Shown here: positions 18,485 to 27,302 of the stretch, one piece after another | How the letters are laid out: every line of letters starts with the position of its first letter | Position numbering within the stretch: the stretch's first letter is position 1 | Assembly (NCBI GenBank): GCA_002700865.1 | Contig: PAFB01000149.1 | Location: 1 to 55,170, forward strand | Direction: 5' to 3' | Length of the DNA stretch: 55,170 bases | Source: Rhodospirillaceae bacterium | GTDB taxonomy: Bacteria; Pseudomonadota; Alphaproteobacteria; UBA7985 | Notes under the pieces: model-generated | Told to the model about the DNA's origin: nothing | Seen by the model: the letters and a program-made list of their open reading frames with translations, nothing else | Databases searched by the model: none | Made by a program: the position numbers and the translations under genes

Positions 18485-18907
18485 ATGAACATTTACCACA
18501 AGACCGCCGCTACAGCCCGCGGAGGCCGCTCGGGCAGCACGAGTCTCGATAACGGCACCTTTTCCATCGACACAGTTCTACCAGGTGCCAAAAAAGAGGG
18601 CCTGACCCCCGAAGAGCTGTTTACGCTCGGCTATGCCGCTTGCTTTGATAACGCGATGAAGGAAGCTGCAAAGTTCAAGGAAATCGAACTTGGTGACGAC
18701 TGGCACACACAAATTGCCGTTGGGCTAGGAAACTCCGACGACAACAAGCGGTTGCGTTTTGACGTGGACATCACCGCGATGCTGCCAGGCATGGATCAAG
18801 AAACAGCAGATCGGCTGATGGCGACAACCCACAAACTCTGTCCCTTCTCCAACTCTCTGAGTGAGACGATCAGCGTCCGACTGAAGGCTAAAACCACCCT
18901 CGACTAA
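18485..18907 (+). CDS. ohr: Ohr/OsmC family peroxiredoxin
   Basis: ATARGGRSG, PEELFTLGYAACF and HKLCPFS; both catalytic Cys present. Confidence 0.88.
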   Translation: MNIYHKTAATARGGRSGSTSLDNGTFSIDTVLPGAKKEGLTPEELFTLGYAACFDNAMKEAAKFKEIELGDDWHTQIAVGLGNSDDNKRLRFDVDITAMLPGMDQETADRLMATTHKLCPFSNSLSETISVRLKAKTTLD

Positions 18908-18945
18908 AGCCCAGCAACGCTGGTTCCATCCGTGCCGTAAAGATC

Positions 18946-18981
18946 TAAAAGTGGCCCCGTTTCAAAGCGAGACCGGGGCCA
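18946..18981 (-). terminator. Rho-independent terminator-like hairpin (U-tract on - strand)
   Basis: tggccccg(18952-18959)...cggggcca(18974-18981) stem, preceded by taaaag on the + strand. Confidence 0.55.
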
Positions 18982-19199
18982 GCTCAGTCTATGGCAAAGT
19001 GCTGCTCTCCGCTGATCTCGCTGTGCTGGTTCACGACTTGGCAGCAGCGCGGGTGCCGGCAGCAGTGGAATTGTTTGAAACATCGTGTTCCTGTTCATTT
19101 GATAGATATTAGCTACTATTTCTAATTATCGCCTGCAGAGCCGGCCTTATGATAGAATATCGGTTCAGAGTTTGAAGCAAACCACCGGAAGATAGTGCG

Positions 19200-21818
19200 G
19201 TGACATGTCAAATTTTCTGGCGCATGGCAAAAGCAGCGATCCTCGGATTGATGGTATCGGTATGGCCGGCGCTGGCCTCAGCACAGCATCTACAGATGCG
19301 AATGACCCCCGGAGATGCCCGGCATTTGCTCGAACGCGCTGGGCTGGGCGCGCATCCCGATGAAATAAATGCGCTGTTGGGTCTATCCCGGGCGCAGGCT
19401 ATCGACGCCATGGTCGACCAGCTTGATGTCTCTGCACCTTTCAACGAACCCCCGATCAGCCTCAGCGACGGTGAGCATGTCCACTACTGGATGTTAAACG
19501 ACTACGAGGAACAGGACAGACAAGCTTTCCGGGTCGAGCGCGACAAGGAGATGGGTGAGCTTCGCCGATGGTGGATCCGGGAGATGCTGTCAACGTCGTC
19601 CCCAGCCGGAGAGCGACTGCTGCTCATCTGGTCCAACCACTTTGTATCCGCCTATGGCAGTCTGAATGAGGAGGTCCACGCACTCTACAATCAGCACATG
19701 ATGCTACGGGAGAAGGGACACGGCCGTTTCAGAGACCTGCTTCGGGCCGTTGTTCGTGATGCGGCCATGCTGAACTATCTCGACAACAACAATAGCCGCG
19801 AGGAACAGCCAAACGAGAACCTCGCCCGAGAATTACTGGAGCTGTTTGTCCTCGGCGAAGGCCAGTACACCGAAATGGACGTCAAGGAAGTCGCCCGTGC
19901 TTTGACCGGTTACTCCTATAATGATCTGCGGGATTTTGAATTTCAGTTCCAGCCCTGGGATCACGATGAGGGCTCGAAGCGGATACTCGGCAAGATCGGA
20001 CGCTTCGATGCCGATGACGTAATCGATATCCTGCTGGAGACCGATGCGGCGGCTGCGTTTATCGTAGGAACCTTCTGGCAAGCGTATATTTCCGAATTCG
20101 AAAAAGATCCAGCAGCCATCGAAGCGCTTGCGACAGACTGGCGCAAGACCGACTATGACATCAGTGCGCTCGTGCGAATTATGCTTTCGTCAGAGGAGTT
20201 CTGGGATCCCCGTTATCGCGGCACTATCGTCAAATCGCCGGTTGACCTGATGATCGGAACACTTCGCAGCGGCGGGCGACTGCCCCAGTGGTGGCCCACG
20301 TTGAGCGTACAGCTTGAAAGTCTTGGCCAGCACTTGTTCGAAGCACCTAACGTCGCGGGCTGGCCTGGCGGGGCTGACTGGATCACGCCCGCGCGACTGC
20401 TGAGCCGTAACGAAGCACTGCAACAGCTTGCTGCACTTTACGACGGGCCGGCCCCTTCGGCCGCATCGGATCCGGCGGGCACCCCAGACGGACTTGCCGC
20501 GGACGGGATGATGACTCCGTTGGCAGGAATGCCGCTCAGCTTGCGATACGGTGCGGAGGACTTCGAAGGCCCACCAACTATTGTGATCCGAGGCTACAAG
20601 ACCAGAGAAGATGGCAGAGACATCCCAATCTGGCGATCAGAGGTATTTGAGGCCTCGGGTGGTATCGACACCGGCCGACTGGGCCGGATCGATAGCCTCG
20701 CGGACCTAAACTGGCAGGTCGATACGCTGGTATACCCCGAAGACCTCGACCCTCCTGACTGGTTCAGCGTCGGGTTCTACAATGATCATTGCTGCGGCCC
20801 AGGCGGAAGCTCCGGGGGCGACCGGAACCTGTTTATCGACTGGCTACGCTTCGACGATCAACTCTACCTTGCCAGCGATGGACTGCAGAAACCCGGCTGT
20901 CGAGGGTCGAACAATGACGACCCACCGGGCAATTTTTACTGCTCCGGTGAACTGCAACTGCGCGTTGCCCAGACGCTCGAACCTGAGCCTATGGGCGGTT
21001 CAGGCGAAGATCTGGCGACTTCGGCGCTGAACCCAGACCGACAGGACCGCCTCGTCATTGGACGCGTTGCTTTTGACTGGGGGCGCGCGCTGGACCGTAC
21101 GCGCAGTTGGAACAGCCTGTCGATCTCGCTCATGGACGTACGCATGAACCATCTGCACTACGATGCACTGCGGCTTGAACTGGTGGAACACCGTCGCAAT
21201 GGTCGTCGCGAACTGCTGCTCGACATTCGTGAAAGTAATTGCAGGCCTGACTGTTTTTACGGGCAATGGCCATCTACCACCTTCAAGGAATTCAATTCAG
21301 GCGAAAAACGTGTCGAATATCTGCTCTGGCCTGGCGGTGACGTGGACCAGCGTGGACAGTACGATCAACTCGACGAGGACCACCGTAAGCTGGTGCACGG
21401 GCTATGGTCCGCCATGCCTACACTGTTCGACACCATGAAAGACGGCAGGAACTGGCGTCGGCGCGGGCAGGACCGGGTCGGCAGCAGCTGGGATCCTATC
21501 CTTGCCAAGATCACTGATGCCCTGCCGCGCACACGCTATTCAAAGGAACTTAGTAACCCCGTTCCGCTGATAGAGCCCATGGCTCAGAATAGCGGTTCGA
21601 TGATGTCAGCGATGATGTCGCAAGAAGCGTCGGGAGCGGTTATGCTGCTTGGCATGCCCGATGAACGGGTCGAGTGGCTAGGCAGCGCGTCCGGGGCTGA
21701 ACGCTTCGAGGGAGACGCACTGGTAGAAATCACCCTCGCCGGGCGACCATCGCGGCCGCTGAGCTCCGGTTTCGGTTTCAGCGACCTGATCATCGACCCG
21801 GTTTATCAACTCAAGTAA
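19200..21818 (+). CDS. DUF1800 family protein with large internal insertion (CBM60-like module)
   Basis: ARHLLERAGLG, ERLLLIWSNHF, AMLNYLDN, PNENLARELLELFVLG, KSPVDL, PNVAGWPGG and terminal DPVYQLK. The insert contains FYND...GGDRNLFIDW. Confidence 0.88.
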   Translation: MTCQIFWRMAKAAILGLMVSVWPALASAQHLQMRMTPGDARHLLERAGLGAHPDEINALLGLSRAQAIDAMVDQLDVSAPFNEPPISLSDGEHVHYWMLNDYEEQDRQAFRVERDKEMGELRRWWIREMLSTSSPAGERLLLIWSNHFVSAYGSLNEEVHALYNQHMMLREKGHGRFRDLLRAVVRDAAMLNYLDNNNSREEQPNENLARELLELFVLGEGQYTEMDVKEVARALTGYSYNDLRDFEFQFQPWDHDEGSKRILGKIGRFDADDVIDILLETDAAAAFIVGTFWQAYISEFEKDPAAIEALATDWRKTDYDISALVRIMLSSEEFWDPRYRGTIVKSPVDLMIGTLRSGGRLPQWWPTLSVQLESLGQHLFEAPNVAGWPGGADWITPARLLSRNEALQQLAALYDGPAPSAASDPAGTPDGLAADGMMTPLAGMPLSLRYGAEDFEGPPTIVIRGYKTREDGRDIPIWRSEVFEASGGIDTGRLGRIDSLADLNWQVDTLVYPEDLDPPDWFSVGFYNDHCCGPGGSSGGDRNLFIDWLRFDDQLYLASDGLQKPGCRGSNNDDPPGNFYCSGELQLRVAQTLEPEPMGGSGEDLATSALNPDRQDRLVIGRVAFDWGRALDRTRSWNSLSISLMDVRMNHLHYDALRLELVEHRRNGRRELLLDIRESNCRPDCFYGQWPSTTFKEFNSGEKRVEYLLWPGGDVDQRGQYDQLDEDHRKLVHGLWSAMPTLFDTMKDGRNWRRRGQDRVGSSWDPILAKITDALPRTRYSKELSNPVPLIEPMAQNSGSMMSAMMSQEASGAVMLLGMPDERVEWLGSASGAERFEGDALVEITLAGRPSRPLSSGFGFSDLIIDPVYQLK

Positions 21819-21833
21819 GTGGAAAATCACGGT

Positions 21834-23003
21834 ATGGATCGCCGCAAAGTTCTGAGTTCTCTGGTCGCTGGTCTTAGCCTGCCGTTAGCCCCGATCGAGC
21901 TGGCGCAGGCGGCCGGGCGCTCAGGCCGGCGCCTCATCCTTGTCGAATTGTCCGGCGCTAACGACGGCCTGAACACCGTAGTACCCTGGGCCAACGACCG
22001 CTATCGCGCGATCCGCCCCTCGGTGGCGCTTGACCGCGGGGATCTGATAACGCTTGACGACCAATTGGGGCTCAACAATGCACTGGCGGACCTTGGTCCG
22101 GCCTGGCAGGCAGGAGAATTGGCTGTGCTTCAAGGGCTGGGCTACCCTGAGCAGAACCGCTCCCACTTCAAGTCCATAGCGCTTTGGGAAACCGGTGGTG
22201 ACGGCAACCGTGCAGGCCGCAGTGGCTGGCTCACCGAAGACGTGGAGACCATGGGTAATGGCTTCGATGCGCATGGGATCAGCCTCGATGGCGGCATGGG
22301 TATCTTCGCTTCATCGAGCGGGTTGTGGCTGTCCTTCACCTCGCTGCATCATCTACAGACACTTTCTGCAACCAACGCGGGTCTGGGCGGCTTAACCACC
22401 GACAGTGCCAACCCCGCCCTCTCAATGTTGCTCGACCGGGGCAACGCGCTCGACAGCGCCATGGGACAAATCAGCACCAAGATCAAGCAGACTGGGATGG
22501 CCCGTCACGTGCGCATCGACGGCGGCGAATTGGGACGACAAGCGGCCCTCGCTGCGACCCTAATTCGGGCAGGGGTGGATGCACCGGTGCTCAAGATGAA
22601 AATCGGCGGCTTTGATACGCATGAAAATCAGCGCGGTGATCATGAGCGACTGCTACGTGATCTGGGACGGTCGCTGGCGGGCCTTCGGGCGGCGCTGAAG
22701 CAATCGGGGCACTGGGACCAGACGCTGATCCTGACCTATAGCGAGTTTGGTCGGCGAGCGACGGAGAACTATTCCAACGGCACTGACCATGGTACGGCGG
22801 CGCCGCACTTGCTTCTCGGCGGCGGGGTTCGCGGGGGGCTGTTTGGGCGACACCCGGATCTGGAAGACCTCGAAGATGGCGATTTGAAATACACGTTGGA
22901 CTATCGCGCGGTTTATCAGCGTCTGCTCGCCGGTTGGTTTGGGTTGTCGGACAACCGTTTTAGCGGCTTTGACGATGCAAGCCTCGACGGTGTTCTGATC
23001 TAG
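21834..23003 (+). CDS. DUF1501 family protein with Tat signal
   Basis: MDRRKVL twin-Arg, LVELSGANDGLNTVVP, NRSHFKS, GGFDTH, YSEFGRR, GTDHG and DYRAVY. Confidence 0.92.
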   Translation: MDRRKVLSSLVAGLSLPLAPIELAQAAGRSGRRLILVELSGANDGLNTVVPWANDRYRAIRPSVALDRGDLITLDDQLGLNNALADLGPAWQAGELAVLQGLGYPEQNRSHFKSIALWETGGDGNRAGRSGWLTEDVETMGNGFDAHGISLDGGMGIFASSSGLWLSFTSLHHLQTLSATNAGLGGLTTDSANPALSMLLDRGNALDSAMGQISTKIKQTGMARHVRIDGGELGRQAALAATLIRAGVDAPVLKMKIGGFDTHENQRGDHERLLRDLGRSLAGLRAALKQSGHWDQTLILTYSEFGRRATENYSNGTDHGTAAPHLLLGGGVRGGLFGRHPDLEDLEDGDLKYTLDYRAVYQRLLAGWFGLSDNRFSGFDDASLDGVLI

Positions 23004-23033
23004 GCTAACTCACCTCGTCTTTGGCCTCGCCGA

Positions 23034-23456
23034 TCATACAATCCGGCTGAGAAGCTGTTTCAGCAGCTGCGTCTCATTTGCTGAAATTGGTGCAAGCAGG
23101 TCGCCAATTACATCGGCCACCGCTTCAAGCAGCTCTTCAACCACCTGCTCTCCCTCGGCGGTCAGCGAGACCATGACAACCCTGCCGTCACTGGTCGAAT
23201 TTTCCCGCCTGACCAATCCCTTGCCTTCGAGCCCCTGGATCATGCGCGTCATTTGCGACTTATCGCGAACCATCCGCCTGCTCAGTTCATTCTGACTGAC
23301 CTGGCCTGCATCAGCCAGCGTCATGAGCAGCATTCCGCCACCAGGACCTACGCTTTTTCGATCAAAGTCCCCGGCTTTTTGCTGCAACCCGAAGTGGATC
23401 GATCGCATGAAACGATCGAACATCAGTGCCAAGTCTGTATCCCGTGTCTTTTTCAT
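23034..23456 (-). CDS. MarR family transcriptional regulator
   Basis: RDKSQMTRMIQGLEGKGLVRR...DGRVVMVSLTAEG winged helix; 140 aa. Confidence 0.92.
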   Translation of the reverse strand: MKKTRDTDLALMFDRFMRSIHFGLQQKAGDFDRKSVGPGGGMLLMTLADAGQVSQNELSRRMVRDKSQMTRMIQGLEGKGLVRRENSTSDGRVVMVSLTAEGEQVVEELLEAVADVIGDLLAPISANETQLLKQLLSRIV

Positions 23457-23459
23457 GTG

Positions 23460-23500
23460 GTTGATTTTATCAACTTTCTATCTTAGTGGACTTAGTCAAC
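23460..23500. promoter_or_regulatory. Two GTTGA-N5-TCAAC operator-like palindromes in the divergent MarR promoter
   Basis: gttgattttatcaac (23460-23474, perfect 6-bp arms) and gtggacttagtcaac (23486-23500). Confidence 0.65.
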
Positions 23501-23543
23501 GTATTTCAACTGTCCCGCGGGGACAATGGCAAGGAAATTCACG

Positions 23544-23993
23544 ATGAGTTCTGTTCAGAAAAATACGCTCCGCGTGGCGGCAATCCGTTGGCTCCTGTGG
23601 GGGCTGGTCCACGTGCTCGCCGGGGTAATGGTGTTGATGAACGACGCCACTGGAGGCCTACAGGCCGTTGCCGATGGCGTTAATCCTGCGGCGCTGGCAG
23701 CAGACTACCACGGAGCCGTCGAGGGCGTCCTCAATCAGCATGGTTGGAACCTGGGCTGGTTCGGAGTGGCCACGATCATCGGTGCTGCGATGATCTGGCA
23801 TCAGAACCGGACTGCAATCTGGGTCACTAGCATGGTAGGTGGCCTCGCCGATATTGGGTATCTGCTGTTTCTGGACTTCGCTGGCTATGTGAACTTCGTA
23901 CCCGGCACCGTCATGACATTCATTTCCGGCGCAGCCGTACTTCTGAGTTTCTGGGTGTGGTTCTCAACGCGAAGCCAGGGCAAAGTGGCCTGA
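23544..23993 (+). CDS. Integral membrane protein divergent from MarR
   Basis: About 4 TM segments (WGLVHVLAG, QHGWNLGW, GGLADIGY). An aagga RBS precedes ATG 23544. Confidence 0.8.
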   Translation: MSSVQKNTLRVAAIRWLLWGLVHVLAGVMVLMNDATGGLQAVADGVNPAALAADYHGAVEGVLNQHGWNLGWFGVATIIGAAMIWHQNRTAIWVTSMVGGLADIGYLLFLDFAGYVNFVPGTVMTFISGAAVLLSFWVWFSTRSQGKVA

Positions 23994-24024
23994 TTCCCTG
24001 CCTGAGTCCCTGCCTGCGTCCCTG
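23989..24024. repeat. Three imperfect 12-bp tandem repeats between convergent genes
   Basis: cctgattccctg cctgagtccctg cctgcgtccctg. Confidence 0.75.
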
Positions 24025-24028
24025 CGCC

Positions 24029-24808
24029 TCAGTGACCCAAACCAAGGAGGAAATCGCGCAGGCAGGTACCGGTCTGAGCGCCGCCTTCGAGCAGGATCGA
24101 GTGCTTCAGCGAAGGCAACACCCGCAGTGTGGCGAAAGGCATGGCCTCGGCAATCAATTGGTTTAACCGTGGGGGACAGCCGCCGTCATTCTCCCCTGTC
24201 AGCACCAGTGACCGCGCTGTGATTTCATGCAGCCAGGGGGCCATCTCAGTCTCGGCGTAGATATCGAAGACATTCAGGAACACCTCTGGGTCAGTGCCGA
24301 TCACCTGCGCCATACGGGCCTCAACCACTTCGGGATGCTCGGCGATAAAGGCGTCCGTGAACCAACGGTTGGCCAGTGTGCTCAGCACCTCAGCAATCCC
24401 CTGCTGGCGCATCGCGGAGACAACTGCCCTAACATTGATGCTATCTTGTTCCGTGCGGAAGGCAGCGGTGGACAGCAGCCCCAGGGACAGCACCCGATCG
24501 GGAAAGGCGCGGGCATAGGCCGGCGCGATCATCCCCCCCAGCGAATGCCCGGCGATATGTGCTGCCTCCACCCCGACTTCTGCCCGCACTTGTTCGAGGT
24601 CGGCGACCAGCGCGTCAAGACCAAAACGCCCGTCCGGTTGAGGCGAGTTACCGTGCCCGCGCAAATCGTAGGCGATGACGGTAAAGTGTGCTTCCAACAG
24701 CGGAAGAGCCGTCGCCCAAGTAGCCCGCGAGGCCCCGATGCCATGGATCAGGATCAAGGGCGGCCCTTCACCCGATACTGAGTACGCGCAAGACAGCGGC
24801 TGAGTCAT
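24029..24808 (-). CDS. Alpha/beta hydrolase (PcaD/TgnD-like)
   Basis: LIHGIG, YDLRGHG, GHSLGG, TGEND and LKHSILLE give a Ser-Asp-His triad. Confidence 0.9.
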   Translation of the reverse strand: MTQPLSCAYSVSGEGPPLILIHGIGASRATWATALPLLEAHFTVIAYDLRGHGNSPQPDGRFGLDALVADLEQVRAEVGVEAAHIAGHSLGGMIAPAYARAFPDRVLSLGLLSTAAFRTEQDSINVRAVVSAMRQQGIAEVLSTLANRWFTDAFIAEHPEVVEARMAQVIGTDPEVFLNVFDIYAETEMAPWLHEITARSLVLTGENDGGCPPRLNQLIAEAMPFATLRVLPSLKHSILLEGGAQTGTCLRDFLLGLGH

Positions 24809-24861
24809 GAAGGCCTCTCTGATTGACGTGTTTCGATAATGAGACCGGCCAAAGTATCGCG

Positions 24862-25947
24862 TCAGCGAACAGCCTGCAGGCTTGGTCTTCCGCCCTCGCG
24901 CAGGAACGCGTCTCGGACACGGGCCGGACGGTCGGTGAAGTGCGGCATCACCTCTTCAGCAAAGCACTGAATGGCCTCCAGCGTGTCTGAAGACTCAAGG
25001 CCAAAATTGAAATTCAGGATCACTCGATCGATACCCAGGTCCGCATATCGCCCCAGCCGATCAACCATCTCAGTGGGGCGGCAGATCAGCAGGCTCTTTT
25101 CCAATTCCTCGGCTGATTGAGCGCGCGGGATTTGCCGGATCATCCCCGCGTCGACAAGACCGGGGCCAAGATAAATGTTGTCGAACCGGCAATAGTAGTC
25201 ATAGGCCGCTCGGTTTTTTCGTGTGCGCTCAGCTTCAGAGGTTGCGACGTGCGCTACGCGCGACAGCGACAGCGTCAGCGCATCGCCCTCATTATTCATG
25301 TCGGCCTTGGCACGGTTGAAGGCATCAACCTGGTCCACCAACAGCTGGTGATTCCCCGACAACGGCGTCGTCTGGATGTGGAACCCACGGCGGGTACAGG
25401 CGTAAATGCCCTCGGGGTTCATCACCGCCATCATCATGGGCGGGCCACCCGGACGAACCGGACGCGGCATGATGGTCAGCGCGTCAAACTGGTAGAATTT
25501 TCCATCCCAGCTCACTTCTTCTTCCCGCAACAGCGCCTGCAGCACATCGAGGCTTTCGTCGAAGCGCTCGCGGGTCTCCTCCATCGGCACGCCGAGGCGC
25601 TCCATCTCAAACTTAAAGGCACCGCGACCAACCCCGAGGAACAGCCGTCCGTCACAGAAGATGTCAGCGACGACGACCTCGCCGGCATAGGTCCGCATGT
25701 CGTGCAGCGGCAACACAACCACACTGGTCAGGATTTTGATCTGGCGGGTGTGGGCGGCGATCTTCACGGCAAAAGTGAGCGGCGCCGGCATCATCAGGCA
25801 GTTGACCAGGTGGTGTTCGGTCACTGACACGGCATCGAAGCCGAGGTCATCGGCACGCTTTGCTTGTTCCAGCATGTCCCGATAGACCCGATCACCGCCG
25901 TAGGCCTTATCTGGGTAATCAGACGACAACTGTACGCTGAATTCCAT
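24862..25947 (-). CDS. Luciferase-like (LLM class) flavin-dependent monooxygenase
   Basis: ADDLGFDAVSVTEHH, VVVLPLH, DGRLFLGVGRG, WDGKFYQF...PRP and FAEEVMPHF. A gaggag RBS precedes ATG 25947. Confidence 0.92.
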   Translation of the reverse strand: MEFSVQLSSDYPDKAYGGDRVYRDMLEQAKRADDLGFDAVSVTEHHLVNCLMMPAPLTFAVKIAAHTRQIKILTSVVVLPLHDMRTYAGEVVVADIFCDGRLFLGVGRGAFKFEMERLGVPMEETRERFDESLDVLQALLREEEVSWDGKFYQFDALTIMPRPVRPGGPPMMMAVMNPEGIYACTRRGFHIQTTPLSGNHQLLVDQVDAFNRAKADMNNEGDALTLSLSRVAHVATSEAERTRKNRAAYDYYCRFDNIYLGPGLVDAGMIRQIPRAQSAEELEKSLLICRPTEMVDRLGRYADLGIDRVILNFNFGLESSDTLEAIQCFAEEVMPHFTDRPARVRDAFLREGGRPSLQAVR

Positions 25948-25979
25948 CTTTACCTGCTCCTCATGAACATGCTTTGGGT

Positions 25980-25996
25980 TGGTAGACGGTAGACCA
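25980..25996. promoter_or_regulatory. Putative GntR-type operator upstream of the LLM gene
   Basis: TGGTAGACGGTAGACCA: tandem GGTAGAC within a TGGT...ACCA inverted frame, about 33 bp upstream of the start. Confidence 0.4.
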
Positions 25997-26264
25997 GTGT
26001 CGTCTCTGCGGTCTGCCCGTTCGCGCCACGGCTGGAGGACAATTTGACGCACCCCTTCACCTGAACCAAACCCAATTATCCTCGCAGACCCATACCTGCG
26101 CTTATTTTTCTACGTGACCCAAGAACCAACATTATCCCAAAACCGGGTAAAGTGAGAACAGGAAATCAGGGTTCAGCCCCATTGAGCCACTTTTCTTTAC
26201 CTATCGTAGCCTCCACAACAGGCTGTTCGTTTTAGGTAGAATAAAATTAATTAAATAATATTTT

Positions 26265-27302
26265 TTGGGGCAAAGCGTGACCAACAACTCCGACACGCCA
26301 ATCGACGGCTCGAATAAGCTGTTCGACAATAATCTGCTAGAAGGGCGGCACGTGCCAAGTCCGGGGCTATGGGATGAGATGCGCAGCTTTCTCGCAATTG
26401 CTCGGGCCGGCAGCCTACTCGGCGCCACAGAAACGTTGGGCATATCTCAACCAACGCTTTCACGCCGCTTGATGACGCTGGAAGACCGCCTCGGGCAGCT
26501 GGTGATACGCAAGCCCCATGGGGTCGAACTGACCACCAAGGGGCGAGAGGTTGCGGAACGCATCGCGAAAATCGATCTAGAATTCTCTGACTTGTTTACC
26601 GCCTCGTCTGCGGCGACGTACCGATCCGTGGTCAAGGTCGCGGCAACGGACGGATTGGCGGCATTCTGGCTGGCGCCACATATTCCTGGGCTTCTGCAAC
26701 AAGGGATCCAAGTTAGCCTTGAAATCATCTCGCTGCAGAACATCCCCAACTTGAAAAAGAACGAAGTGGACATCATCGTCGCTTTTCCAGTGCCGGTGCA
26801 AGACGATTTCATCGTTGAGGATCTGGGCCATCTGCACCTGACAACCTTTGCCTCGCTTGAATATATCAAACGCTTTGGCACCCCGACGCGCGACAATCTC
26901 AGCGACCACCGCTTTGTCGGGAATCGTCAATATCTCTCCAGTAGTGATTTCTGGCGAGACTGGGTGGATGTAACCAAGGAAGCCCAATACATCGCCGGAA
27001 CCGATATGAACGTGACCTATGCGACCATGATTAAGTCCGGCCTCGGTCTCGGGCTGCTGGGCAACTATATGAACATGGACCCCTACCTGATCCATGTCGA
27101 TCTGGGGGTTAACATTGGTCACGGGATCCGGATGTTCAGCCTCGAGCAGAAACGCAACTACCCAGAAATTGCGGCTACCAAGCAGTGGATCCGCGGTATT
27201 TTTCGGGGCAACCCCTGGTTCTTGAGCGAAATGATCGTGAACGACGAGGTCAGTGATTATGACCAACGGGTGCGATGGCTCATGAACCACTACTCGACCT
27301 GA
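26265..27302 (+). CDS. LysR family transcriptional regulator (start uncertain)
   Basis: WDEMRSFLAIARAGSLLGATETLGISQPTLSRRLMTLE HTH followed by a substrate-binding domain. Preceded by an AT-rich tract. Confidence 0.9.
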   Translation: MGQSVTNNSDTPIDGSNKLFDNNLLEGRHVPSPGLWDEMRSFLAIARAGSLLGATETLGISQPTLSRRLMTLEDRLGQLVIRKPHGVELTTKGREVAERIAKIDLEFSDLFTASSAATYRSVVKVAATDGLAAFWLAPHIPGLLQQGIQVSLEIISLQNIPNLKKNEVDIIVAFPVPVQDDFIVEDLGHLHLTTFASLEYIKRFGTPTRDNLSDHRFVGNRQYLSSSDFWRDWVDVTKEAQYIAGTDMNVTYATMIKSGLGLGLLGNYMNMDPYLIHVDLGVNIGHGIRMFSLEQKRNYPEIAATKQWIRGIFRGNPWFLSEMIVNDEVSDYDQRVRWLMNHYST

